Origin: Balanoglossus misakiensis
Taxonomy: Eukaryota > Animalia > Hemichordata
Assembly (NCBI GenBank): GCA_040954595.2
Contig: CM082596.2
Coordinates: forward strand, 4,980,181-5,044,180
Length of the DNA stretch: 64,000 nt
Direction of reading: 5' to 3'
Shown here piece by piece: positions 24,001-36,731 of this stretch (within the stretch, counting starts at the first letter, position 1; each line of letters starts with the position of its first letter). A program made the translations under genes and the position numbers. The notes beneath the pieces are model-generated. The model was not told the origin of the DNA. It saw only the letters and a program-made list of their open reading frames with translations, and did no database searches.

Positions 24001-25262
24001 CTCCAGTGGCAATCATTAGACATATATACATAATTTTTTGCTCATTTTGTAAAACCCCAGAAACCAGCAATCCGCGACGAGAGAATTGAAGTACCAGTGT
24101 GGATGGTCAACCAGGATGTGGTCCACAAGTACGGCAAGATGTGCAAGGGGAGACCCGAGTGCTGGTGTCGACAGATCCGCATCTGCAACGCGCTTCTGGC
24201 TCTGCGGCGGGAGAACATCGAAAAACCCCCGGGGAGGCACGAGAAAGAGGCGCCCCCGGATCAGACGCTGATGGCCGCGCTGTGTCGCTTCACCGGCAAG
24301 AAGAGCGGCCGGCAGAAGCCCTACTGCGTGGATCTCCACCAGAGCGGACATGTGCTGGATCACGAGAAGGTGCACGCCGGCTGCGTCGATGAAGAGGAGA
24401 GACTGCGAGGTGTGGTCAAGAGAATCAAGGTAACATTTCTGTCATCTTTTCGGGGGTTTCTTCTGCGAGTTGCTGCTTTTATTCATAGCGAGATCAAAAT
24501 AGGTTGATCAGATCATCATTTAGAAAGATAAATCTCGGATCTGATAGAGAAAAGTAAAATATATCATTCTGTGGTCTGATTGGGAATTAATATAAGCGAA
24601 AGGTTTGTAGCCATTTGAAATTTCACATTGCATTTTTTTTCATTGACAAGTTAAATAAAAATGTACAATATCTTACCCAAGGTGCAGTTGGTAGAAAGTT
24701 ATAAGCTTGAATCGACATACTATTGTGTCATCAGTATCTCTCTTAGATATCTCAAGTCAATACTTTTATAAAGTGAATTTATTATCATTCATTGGAATGG
24801 TCACTAGGGAACAATAACCTCTGTGAGCACGGAAACGAAACAGAGTTTCAGGCAGTAAAGTCTTTCATCGTCTGTTTTATACAGTTAGAGCAGGTGGACA
24901 GCCAGAAGGAGCACCAGGGAGAACTGGCCAGGCTGAGCCACGACTGCACCATGGTCAGGAAGGATTTGATGAACAGTATGGTGAGGGACGCCGACATGGA
25001 GGCCAAGATAGCCGCACTCGGTCAGGACTTTGAAGACCAGTTGAACGAATACAAGCGGGAGAAAATGGTCAGTGTTAAAATCATTAACCCTTTTTACCCC
25101 TATTTCTCTCTGGAGAGATCTAATCTTGCTGTAGTCACGATGGATTTTAATGCCCAAGATTGATTGATACCGTAGTTTGCCGGGTAAGAGCCCCTGCTCG
25201 GACAAACGCCCCCCCCTGGTTTTAGGGCCCATTTGTAGACCGAGGCCATATCCGGTCTAAAG

Positions 25263-25298
<36 letters not shown>

Positions 25299-26923
25299 CC
25301 GAATATCCATTAAATTCTTGGAATTTAATAAAGTGCAATGCAAAAAAAGGCGGATTTTCATCCCCAAAGTCACTAAAAGTGAAAAAAAAAATGTATGATG
25401 ATTTACTTTCGCGCTGATTATCGTACCCACCGCGGCCGACTGGCCACGCTGAGTTATATATAGCCGCTCTAGAAAACATGACCTCAGACAGGTCCCTCGG
25501 GACCGTGCCTCGAATTCAACGATCACGTAGATGGACGCGCTGCCGCGTGTGAGGTCACCGGGGAGCTTTCCAAAGCGGCCGCGTGGAGCTGCTTCAGTCC
25601 GTCCTCGACGCGAAACACCCAAGATCCCGACTTGGACTCGGAGAATGAACCACTCAAAAATGTGCATAAAAGTCTAGGTGGCCATCCCTCATTTGCATAA
25701 ATCTCGAGGCCATATCCGGGCTAAAGCCCCCCCCCTGTTTTTTCGCTAATCTGTTGGCCCAGCACCCGGGGCTCTTACCCGGCAAACTACGGTACATTGC
25801 ATATTGTCACCAAGGTAACTGCACGATCAGTGATCACTTTTGTGTGTTTGTAAACTAGATTGAGCTGAACGAAAAAGATGAGCAAATAAAAACGAAGGAC
25901 AAGGAACTAGCGGAGATTGAGGAGCAGTTGGACCACAAAAATCTGCTGGTGGAAGAAAAGGCTAAGCATGTGGAAATGTTTGCCAAGAGCATGGATCACA
26001 GGCATCATGCTTTGATGGAAAAGGTTACCTTTTACCAGAAGACCCTGAGAGAAAAGTAAGTGTGAATTGTATACGCAACAATTACTAGTATTGAAAATTA
26101 GCACATGGGCTGTTTGTGTCCTGTGGTTATATTTATGAGGGTTTATAGGCAACAATGATGTATGATCATAATTCATACATATTTTTGTATCATTTAGGGC
26201 AGACAAGGTGAAGAACAAGGATGCCAAATTTTCACACTCCGTGTGTGTCCAGGTTGGGAAGACGTGCAAAGAGATCTGCAAGGAGTTGGAGGTTAGTGTT
26301 CATTTATGTGAATCCTTTATTCGTGTATGTCCAATCTCAAAGTATGACGTTTGCCTGGTACTCAAGTATTCGCATGATCATGTGTGAGGGTGCATTTTTT
26401 TACATGATCACCCTGTGAGAATCTGTCATTGGCTAGATTTGCATCAGTGACTGTATACCTATAATTGTGGCTTCCCAGATTGCAGTTTCATCAGTAGGTC
26501 AATTAATACCTCTTCAGACTCTCAACATAGTGATTTGTCAACTTTATTATCAACAATACAGCTATTATTACAGTTTATTTGAACCTTGAAATACTGACAG
26601 CCTCATAGATATATTAAAAGTAGACCATGTTATGATTATTCATATCATGAAGGTTTTTGTGACAGAAAAAAAGTAGTGCGTAAGGAGATGTGATGTAACC
26701 TGTCTGCACATATAGGTATCAGCCAGGATTTCTGTGTTTTTCTTCTTTGCAGGGCCAATCGTATATGTGTATCAAGTGCAGGAATGAGAAACGCTCCTTC
26801 ATACTGTTTCCATGCCACCACTACAAGTTTTGCGAAAACTGTGCCCAACGGTACCTAGGGCAGAAATGCCCCGTGCAAGGATGTAAACAGAAAGTTGCTG
26901 AGATTCAACGGGTGTATGAATAA
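21094..26923 (+). CDS. GHKL-type ATPase - coiled coil - RING protein, paralogue 2 (14 coding exons)
   Basis: Same exon order and intron positions as paralogue 1 (approx. 21094-21291, 21431-21782, 21946-21997, 22235-22362, 22530-22693, 22812-22891, 22999-23085, 23293-23377, 23580-23810, 24061-24429, 24884-25067, 25858-26055, 26198-26291, 26753-26923); WEGIREFIQNWHD, IGQFGEGLKIG, KIDRDRN, RING CIKC...PCHHYKFCENC...CPVQGC. Start codon tentative. Confidence 0.85.
25170..25792. mobile_element. MITE, Tc1/mariner(pogo)-type, in an intron of paralogue 2
   Basis: TIRs CCGTAGTTTGCCGGGTAAGAGCCC / GGGCTCTTACCCGGCAAACTACGG flanked by TA on both sides; internal subterminal repeat CGAGGCCATATCCGG.CTAAAGCCCCC. 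Confidence 0.85.
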
Positions 26924-27434
26924 CACCAGAAGTGTGAGGGAATCACTGAAAGAGACAGGATTTAAAACATCCTCATCAGCTTGAAGTAACTGTAATCTGC
27001 ACTGATTCATACAAACTTCACTTTTTTAGAATGTTTTATTTTTTTGATGGGTTACCACTTTTCCCGAGAATGGCATAATTTTTACGATATTGTGATTCTT
27101 GCAAGCTTGATCAATGGAAGCCCTATAGCCACTGTGTTCATACCATTTCACCACCATGGTTTAATCCAAATCCATGTAAACAAAGATATTGGTTCTGTGT
27201 ATAAATGCATATTAAAGAACAGTACAAGATTTGGAAAATGTCTTCACTTTTCTGAGAGAATTTGTAAAATTATCAATAATGATGCCAAATGATTGTGCAA
27301 TATTTTTATACAATTAAAGATAATTTTGGGAAACAGTTTTCTGATAAAAGATTATTGGATTTATGGTATGTTTGATTATTTCTGAATAAAAATAAATTTT
27401 GCCATATAGTGTGGATTTGTGTGCAATTGTATGA

Positions 27435-27465
<31 letters not shown>

Positions 27466-27537
27466 TGTATGTATGTATGTATGTATGTATGTATGTATGA
27501 ATATGTATGTATGTATGAATGTATGTATGTATGTATG
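27435..27537. repeat. (TATG)n microsatellite
   Basis: Imperfect tetranucleotide array. Confidence 0.97.
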
Positions 27538-27793
27538 TTAATTATAGTGCGAAGAAAACGTTCAAAATGTGGTATAATATTGATCACTGTCATACTACAG
27601 GCATTCAATCAAGAATTGATGATATTTAATTGCCATTTATTTTAGCCATGATGTTGATTGGCAATTTACTGAAACATGCACATAAGGTTATTGCATTATT
27701 GAAAACGAGTGCAACATAGCTCATCCTTTGCATTATTCCCAACTATCCGCACCTCTGAGATGTGTCGAAACAATACGGTGACGATACGATAGA

Positions 27794-27879
27794 GGAATCC
27801 CCAGTCGTGACCTTGTGTGAGGTCATGACCCATGGCCTACTTTCTGTTTCTTGGAAAACCCCTTTGACTGATGACGTCA
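27794..27879 (+). promoter_or_regulatory. Promoter of paralogue 3: NF-kB x2, ISRE/IRF-E, CRE/ATF
   Basis: GGAATCCCC 27794-27802; ACTTTCTGTTTCT 27839-27851 (= AGAAACAGAAAGT); GGAAAACCCC 27853-27862; TGACGTCA 27872-27879; first-exon donor CAAG|GTACGT at ~27963. Confidence 0.65.
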
Positions 27880-29233
27880 TACCGTCAACAACAGCGACCC
27901 AATGCAGTGGGGTGCGAGTCTGGGAGTGATGGCTCGTTAGCTGGAAGTTTAGCGCGGTTCAAGGTACGTTTTACTTCCTTTTTGTGCGAAATATATGAGG
28001 ACAGAGGCAAGTGCCGTTAATAACCGCAGGTAACTTCATGATTTAGCGCTGGTAACCGCCACAACAGATCGGTCGCTGAGGCACAAGTTGCCAGCGATGT
28101 AGAGCAAGATGGCGGATGACAGCTATCGGTCATGTTTGCAGTAAATCGCTCATGTGTGTGTAAACGCAATGTGTCAGCACGGTTAGTGTGTGTGTAGTGA
28201 CTGTGGCGTAATGGAGCTGCTCTCAAGCGACTGTGATTCCACGTTCAGTCTGCCGCAAAGTTCACGGAGACAGCTGGGGGGGGGGGGGGTAGGCGTGGCC
28301 AGGCACAGTATTATGCATTGCAAACAGTGACATGATAGTAGTGTCCTGTTTGTGCACCCAAAATGACTCAAGCAGCTTGCAGGTACAATCTTGCTGAAAT
28401 ATATAACAGTGCCCTGTAATTTCTAGGATATATATGGGCGTATGTAACTTGGAGGTGACCAAATACCATTAAAGATATACGATCACCTCTAATTTACATA
28501 TGTCTAACTCTATGATAAAAGGGGCTTGTCTAAGTGTTTGAATGCAGACCATGTTGTGGCACATTTGTTTCACATGTACCCCCACTGAATATCTGTGATT
28601 GGCTTTATTTGAATTTTCCATGGTAACAGTGGTTAAATTTGCATAGCTACACCAGAATGGTACTAACAAATGAACAAACCAATTCTCACACTAAACTTGG
28701 TCACATATGTTACAAATAAACTTCACAAGTTATATATTAACTTTTGGAACCTCATTAAGCTATAGGCAACCTGCTCCAATATCTGCACCTGTAAATTACA
28801 AGCTGGTGCTAAGTCCATGTATGCACATGACCCGACACGACCTTTGTTAAATATTAACTCAAATCTACCCCGCTCTTCTGGAATGTGTTTGTGCGTGGTT
28901 TGTGCTTAGGGTCGTAATCTATGGTCTGGATATTTTTGCAGCTTGCGGAAGACATTCTGCCAGGTTTAAGGAACCACACCCGCTGTCCCATCAATGAGGT
29001 CTACAGTGTAAAATGTGAGTCATCTGCAATTATTCTGTTTTTTGTCATATACTCAACATACTTCGGCTCAGCCTGGCAGTTTGAACACTCTAAAAAACGA
29101 CAAATTGAGCGTGTCATCATGGAACTCGACTGGCTAGCCATATATTATCATGTGGCTTTGTATTCATGACTTATGTACATGTAAGTTTGCATGCTCTCTG
29201 TCTCTTGACCTCCAGAACTACGCGCAGAATACC

Positions 29234-32200
29234 ATGACAACTCACAGAATTGAAGACGAATTGATCATGGAGAGCTCGGGACATGCGGAATATATGGACA
29301 CGGAAGAATCACTTCAGGAATACCAGTATGAACACAACTTTCAGTATTTAACCGGTGATCGTAAAGATGTGGTCTTGCTGAATCTGACGGCGAAGTACGC
29401 AAAGTCCTGGGGACTGTGGGAAGGTGTGCGAGAGTTTATCCAGAACTGGCACGATGGAATCTTCGATGCGAGTGACCAAATCTCCAAACAGCAATTTTTT
29501 GTTGGTCTGCAAAAAGTAGAGTTTAACATTGTAAGTAGCTTATAAACATGTGGTCAACATTGTTACAAAAAAACATTTTTACGTGACTTTGTATTTTCGC
29601 ATTTTTGTGACTCTTATCATTGGTGAAAATGTCCCGTTTTACAGTAATTCAATGAAAACATTGTAAATGTGATTTTCCTGTTTCAGCTGGTTGATGACGA
29701 CGATATAGTGATCTACAAAGCTATAGTTTCTTCAAGGTCGACAAAGCCCGAAGTGTTTGGGTATCTCCAGTACAGTGCAGTGCAGCAGAGGCTGACACTT
29801 GTCAATCACAAGACTTCGCTCGAGAAAAAGATATTACTCCTCGGCTACTCAAGTCACTCCAGACACAAGGACGTCATTGGACAGTTTGGCGAAGGCTTGA
29901 AAATTGGCGCCCTGGCGCTGATCAGGAAAGGGATGGAGGTCACCATGGAGACCAACAAAGAGGGATGGAGGTTCATTCTGCATCCGTACGAACACTTTGA
30001 CAACGAGAAGGGACTAGCTGTCTTGATTACAAAACCAGGTATGAAATTCGTGGCTAAGATCATGACAGTGGTACAGACAAAATACTCTTGTCAAACATGT
30101 ACTTTTGTGTTCTGATGGTTTTCCTTGGACAAGGATGGATCCTTTGGAATCCTGAGATTCGCCAATAAACAGCTGTACACTTGACCTTTCCTTTTTCTCT
30201 TTCAGAGGAACTGCCGTTCAATCAAAAGAATCAGATGAACAAGTAAGGAATATTTTTCCCTTTTCATTGCCTGCACAATACAGATTGTATTGTTTTAAAT
30301 GACATACAAATCTCAGTGTTATGATGCACAATAATATGTTGTACTATACTAGTATACAGTATGACTGGCCATGAATATGAACAGTACCTTTATATACCGA
30401 TACATGTATTCGCTTTGTTTACAGTGAACATTATCAGTTGGCAGAAGGTGATACCTTATTATCAATCTATCCCCTTCCTGCTGAAGAATTTCAGAAGTGC
30501 CGACGGAGATTCCTTTTCCTAACCCCGCCAGTTGATTCTGTCCAAACAGATATCGGTAAGTCATTATTTAATCCTCTGTTGTCTATTAAGTTCATTCCTA
30601 TTCTGGAATGTTGTGGGATTGTGCTTTAATAATCAGTTTTTTGCTAAGGTTGAGGAATATTGGTAAATTAGTTGGGAACCCTCAGGTAAACATTACATTT
30701 GTATACTGAGAGAAAACCCAGTAAAATGACTGAGGAACCTGGCTAATGTTTACCTGGGTCCTGCCCTTAACAAAAACATCATTCACACACAGAAATACGT
30801 CTACTAATTTTCCTCGTTTATCTCGGAACAGGAACACTGCTGCTGGATGACCGGTTTGCTGGTCAGTTGTATGTGAAAGGGAGCTGGGTGTCGGATCTGA
30901 AGGATGACAATCTGAACACCGGGGTGGACTTCTGTGAACTGAAAATAGACAGAGACAGAAATGCCGTCCCTCAACTCAGTGAGATTGACCACAAGGTATA
31001 CTAATAGTTTAATAAATCAAAGCTATTCTCATGACAATACAAATTTGTAAAAGTTTTAAAATTTTTGCTATACATGTGTGCACACTCTTTTCAATCACTC
31101 TCCAATATGACCCCTTTCAAATACATGTACATGTACTAGTAGTTGCAGATATGGCTAGTCATTTCTGGCGCATCAGTCTGATCTCGGCATATTCTGTTTG
31201 TTCATTAGGTAAGCTGTATGTGGCCGAGGGCGTTGGAACAGAGACGTGACCTGGCACACAGATACTACAGTATGCTGGCAAATAATCCGTGAGTACAGAT
31301 ATGCCTAGATCATTGAGGGCTCGTACACGTTGCTCAGTAATTATGCAGTACCTCTTGTTCAATGTTTTCCACAAATTCCAGAAGAACTCGCCGACATCGA
31401 AACAGGGTTTGGATGACTTTGCTGGGAACAAGAGGGACTCTTAACCCTTTCACCCCCATTTCCATTTGTAGAGGTCCAACATAAACATAGAAAACAATTG
31501 GTTTGAACTAAACTAGTTTTGAAAAGGGTAATGGTTGATACTAGTATCTTGATTTTTACAGAAACTGCCGTGATGTGAAGCATGCCAGCACTTATGCAGT
31601 CAATGAAACAACAGCTGCTCTAATGGCCGAGCAGTTTAAAGTGTAAGTCAAGTATGATTTTACCAGTGGTAATTACACATTACAAGTTTCGAAATGTCAT
31701 CCAGCAAGCATTTTTTTTAAATTCAAGACTTGGAAAAGATTACATTAGAGGTGAACAGAGTGTTCTGAAATTAAGACAGATTGAAATGTTTTGACATTAC
31801 TACTAGTGTAGTGTCAGTTTCATCAGCAGTTTTCAGAATCTGAGTGAAGACTACTTTCCCTGTAGATTCTCTGACACTAAAACACACACATTTTATAATC
31901 CAACTTGGCATTCCACTTCAGGCAAAATGCCGACGCCTTCCCAGTCATGGACTCCTTCGCCTGGCAGGAATTGCAGGGTCTGCAGGATGAGCTTCAAAGG
32001 AAGGTGAGAAGAGCACGGTCAATATGATTGTGGTTTGAAAAAAATGATTGGTTGGGAAAAAAAAGCCTATTGAAGCTCACAAGAAATATTCTGAACGGCA
32101 CTTTGTTTTCCTTCCTCCCAGGTTGTCTCATGCAACCAGGCATTGTTGAATCTTCTCCACAAATCCGGGCGATACGCCACTTTGGACGAAGCGAGAGCTG

Positions 32201-34341
32201 CCATGAAAGCCAAGAAATCCGACGTCAAACCGTTCTCCACGCTCTCGCCGGACGAACGCAACACCGTCGAGCATGCTGTGAAATTGGCCAATCTGGTCGA
32301 TCCCAAGTTGAAGATTTCCATGATTGATATCATCAACACTCCCGATGAGGAGGTAGGTTTATCTAAAGCTCCATTAGCTGTAACTTTACACTACGATTTC
32401 AATACGTTCGTTTTATGTATTTACTGTGAGCATTTCCGATAGATCTATTCTAATCTCATTATTTCCTCAGAAACCTACCATGCAAGGAGAGAGAATTGAG
32501 ATTCCCACGTGGATGTTGGACCAGGAAGTGGTGCACCGATCCGGCAGCCTGTGCTCGCCCCCGTCGGGCCGGTGCATGTGCCGGGAGATCCGGATATGCA
32601 ACACCTTGTTCGTCCTGCGGCGCGACATCGAGGGCCGGCCGGGCCGACACATGCGGGAGCCGCCCCTTGAACAGATCTTCATGAAGATTCTCTCCAAGTA
32701 CATCTGCCGGGAGTGCGAGCGAGCGCCAAAACACATCAAGCAGGGGCAGGTCAGCCAGAGTGACGTACACGCCAGCTGTATGGAGACGCAAGAGTCATTG
32801 AAAAGGGAAATCAAGAGAATCGAAGTAAGTCTTTAAACCCCTGCCACCGCCATGGTTTGGGCCAACTGCACTGTTCTCAATTGCAGTGATGGATCTCTTC
32901 ATATGGAAATGGGGGGTGACAGGATTAAACAATTGTATTCGTACTCTTTCACCATTTTCCCAAAATGTGAGTCTTCTCCGAAGTCATGTAGTAAAAAGAA
33001 TTAGTTAACTTGCGATGGTAAGGAGATAGGCTATTTGTATTTATGATAGTGATCCAGTCTGCTCCCTTTGGTTGTGAACGTTTAACATATTTTTATGTTA
33101 CTCAGATATGTCAGAAAAGTTTTCTTCAAACTGGGCTCAGTGACAGTATACTAGAGCACAAGATGTTAACATCAAATTGTACAATAAAGGCAGCACTGTT
33201 TTTCGTGATATTTGTGCTTCATGATTTACTGCTTCTGATTCACAGACAGAACAAAAACAGGCGGAACAGATGCACGCAGACGAGCGTGCTCGACTCGCCA
33301 GAGAATGCGAAGTGGTTAAAAATGAACTGGAGGGCAACTTGAAGGAGCCGCCACCAGACGAGAAGATCGAAGAGCTGAGAAAAGAGTACCAGTCACAGAT
33401 GGAAAGAATTCAAGAAAGGTTTGAGGTAAAAAAAAGTGTTCTCTATGGTTAGTATTGGTACTCATGAACAAGTTTTCCCATGATGTAGGTTTTCTCAAAG
33501 CTACGTGATGAAATAATGAATATAATGTAGTCTGAAATAATGAATATAATGATAATTATTGCTCTTGTATAATTTTACAGAAAGAACTGCAACAGAAAGA
33601 CAGAGTGAGACTACAGCGTGAAAACAAAGTTCATTCCAAAATGCAAGAATTACAAAAGGCACTGCACAAAATTGAAGCCCAAGAAGAACAGATTAAAAAC
33701 TATACAAAAGAGTTGGACCACAGACACACAGTCATGGTAGAAAAAGTTGTCCTTTACAGGACTCGTCTCAATGAACAGTAAGTAGGAAAAGAATTTGAAC
33801 TTTTACGGGTGGGTTCTGATTGGAATTTGTCAGTAGCTATGAAGTTGTCTATACAGAATATTGGTATGTACAAATTTTCATTTGGTAGGCTTGTAAGCTG
33901 TACATAATGAATATCACGTGTGCATGCTTTACAATATGTTTTTGTCTTCTACACAGGGCAAATAAGATAAAGAAAGCAAAGACTACCAAAGATAAGGGGT
34001 TTACGGAGGACTCATGCAATGATGTGGCAGCTATTTGTAAAAGTATATGTGAGGATCTCGAGGTAAGTCCAAGGCTAATGATACTGATGCTTTGTTTGTA
34101 TATGGACATATTTAAGTATGTGTATGTGTATATATACTCACTTTTCCCTCTTCTTTCTTTATATCAGGGTCAAGCATATATCTGTGGTGTTTGCAAGATC
34201 AACAGGAGATCTTATGCATTCAAGCCTTGCCTCCACTACAGGTATTGTGAATCCTGTGCTAAGACGGTATCCAGCTCAACAGACCCCAAATGTGCATTTT
34301 GCCGAGAAAAATGTGAAAGTATATTCAAAGTTTTGGAATAA
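29234..34341 (+). CDS. GHKL-type ATPase - coiled coil - RING protein, paralogue 3 (most divergent, 14 coding exons)
   Basis: Approx. exons 29234-29530, 29687-30038, 30206-30242, 30425-30555, 30831-30995, 31209-31288, 31562-31642, 31922-32003, 32122-32352, 32471-32824, 33246-33425, 33581-33777, 33957-34062, 34168-34341; LNLTAKYAKSWGLWEGVREFIQNWHD, IGQFGEGLKIG, RING CGVC...PCLHYRYCESC...CAFC. Confidence 0.85.
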
Positions 34342-35478
34342 AAACAGGAAATGCACGTAAGGAAACAACAAAGAGTTCAATCTCTGTGACTGTGAGTTTC
34401 AAGTTGTGTAATTTATGTGGGTCACTTTATGCAAATTTTGTAAGCTTTTTAAATATAGCTCTTCTTCTGTGGTGTCTGACGAAAAAAAAATCGTCAAGTA
34501 CTAAACCATGATGAAAATTTAAAAAGCAGTGAGAAGAGAAGCTGTATTATAAAGATGTAAAAGTTTTGATTTTTGATCGAACTTAATTATCAAATATTTT
34601 CAAACTATTCACAACCACTCTCTTAATCATCTGAAATCTTCTGATGGGCTCTTCTTAATCATGTAGAAGAGTTTGAAGAAAAACTTCAATGCTAAGGAAT
34701 TCTTTACTTTATAAAATATACTCAAGTGTTTCTCTCTGAAACGTGCATGTTTCACTATTAGCATGTGAACTGTATCTTTTTGTTTGAGCAGCTGCTTAGC
34801 TAGAGTAGAATTGTCCGCACTAGTCTCTGTGCGGAGATGCCATACATATACAATAATAGCAATCCTTCCTTACCGAGGATACTTGACCTGTGCATTAGAC
34901 TAGTGTACTTCCCCATTATTATTATGGGGATGAATTTCATGTACTGTGCAAGTATATTGTGTGACATAACATTTTAACCTGGTGCTAATAGAAATCGGTG
35001 CTAATAGAAATCTTCCTTGAAGTACATGTAAATAGGTTTCAAAGCTTATGAAGCTTAGGACAACAGTGAATAATAAATGACTAATTCTGGTGTGTATTAT
35101 TGCAAAGCTTATGGAGCTTGTAATAAAGATTTTAGTAAATTGATGTTGTCTCCAGTTGTTCATGTTTGTTTCTGTAACTGTGATTTGATGATGTGGTAGT
35201 CACTAGTTTTAAGGCTTATAAAAATATAGGCCAGTCAGCTAGCTGAGAAAAAAAATTAAGGAAAAAGAAAAAAGTTTTGTGACCACAATAACTTTTGTTG
35301 TATGGTACAAATAAAATGCACATAAATGATATTACTATAGTATTCTAGCTGTTTGTGAAATATGGGAGTCGATCAAACCGTCCAATCACCACATTTTTCA
35401 ACAGATTTATCGGGAACACGGATCAACTTTCTTGTCACGTCAGGAAAATAAACAAATACAAAAGGGGTATTACTTCAT

Positions 35479-35494
35479 TGTCACTAGAGGGCGC
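35479..35494 (+). promoter_or_regulatory. CTCF-like motif between the RING cluster and the TRAK promoter
   Basis: TGTCACTAGAGGGCGC matches the CTCF core consensus. Confidence 0.45.
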
Positions 35495-36339
35495 GATGTA
35501 AAACTGGTCTCATAGCAACGCTCCAGGGTGTATGACTGGGACTAGGATTATAGCAATACATTTGTACCTATATAAATCAACATTTAATGTGATGTTTCCA
35601 GTCATTGTTGTACCTCTTGACGTTTCAGTAACAATAATTCCCTGACGACATATGAACATGTATTTTGCAAAAGCTGTTTGTACTTTACTACGAGTATCCT
35701 CAAAATCAAGTAACCTCAAAATCAAGCGACCAGTCTGTACAGGTTCATGAGGTGGATCAGCCAGGGGGGAAATAATTAGTAAAAATAGTCATAAATTCAA
35801 ACGATGTAAACAATTACGACAGTGCATGGCTTAAAATAGAATCGAAACTAGTGTGCCGAAATATGCGACCCGTATCCCGTAGACCTATTAGGTTTTGACT
35901 TTACGCAAAATAAAAAAAATAGATAGGGCCAACAACTTACAAGAAGAAACAACATAGTTCTACAAGGGGAAAATAAAGGGGATACGTGCAAGATGAAATG
36001 TAGTCTAAGATATGATCATTTCTGATTAGTTTAGAATCAAATGAAACAAGGTCGAACAAAGGTAATCGATATGTACTGGCTACTTGGCACGTAGGCCAGA
36101 GCTTGTACCTGTACGTGTGCCAGGTTGCCGGCTGCGGCTCACGATTTGCAACAGGTAGCCATGTGATTGAGGTATGCGTCAGATTTCTTCCTCTAACGAA
36201 CTAGCCCGCTGCAGTTAGCAGAAAAATAAACTTCAAAGTGTGTTTTCTGCACAAACATTTTACTCACACTTGACAGCCCAAGCTATTAAGCAAAATCTCC
36301 GGGAACACTTAAGAAGTTTTTTTCGGGAAAAGTATGAAC

Positions 36340-36731
36340 ATCGTTGATTTGATGACGCAGAAGTGACCTTTGGTTGGGGTCACTTTTCGCATAAATTAAA
36401 TATGGCAGCCATCATTGGAAGATGAAGCTGACGACAAGCTGTCCATTGAAACACATCGTAGAGAAGGCCCAGGTGACTGTTGTGTAGGTTTGTAGGATAA
36501 CTGACCAGAGGATGTTATCAACTTCGGGACTGTTTTAGTTGGATGAAAATAGCTGAACTACGGAGATAAAAAACAGTTGGTACCGACCGATCGACAAACG
36601 TACCGGAACATAACGGAATATACAGTACGTCCGGAAAGCGTGGCCGTGGGTGTGTGTGCCAGATATTCTCGGATTTTATATAACCATACGTCGTTGTAAC
36701 ACTTCTGAAAGTACTAGCGTGATCTCAAGAG
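36340..36731 (+). other. Probable promoter and first non-coding exon of the TRAK gene
   Basis: CpG-enriched patch ending in a strong donor GAG|GTAAGT at 36731/36732; only short uORFs inside. Link to TRAK and 5' boundary are inferred. Confidence 0.45.

Noticed and set aside
27306-27645. ORFs with IHTY / VCMY repeats
   Set aside because: Translations of the (TATG)n microsatellite.
14290-34341. Calling the trio MORC, sacsin or Hsp90
   Set aside because: Only the core GHKL boxes are shared; no CW finger, sacsin repeats/HEPN/DnaJ or Hsp90 middle-domain motifs, and the terminal RING does not fit these families.
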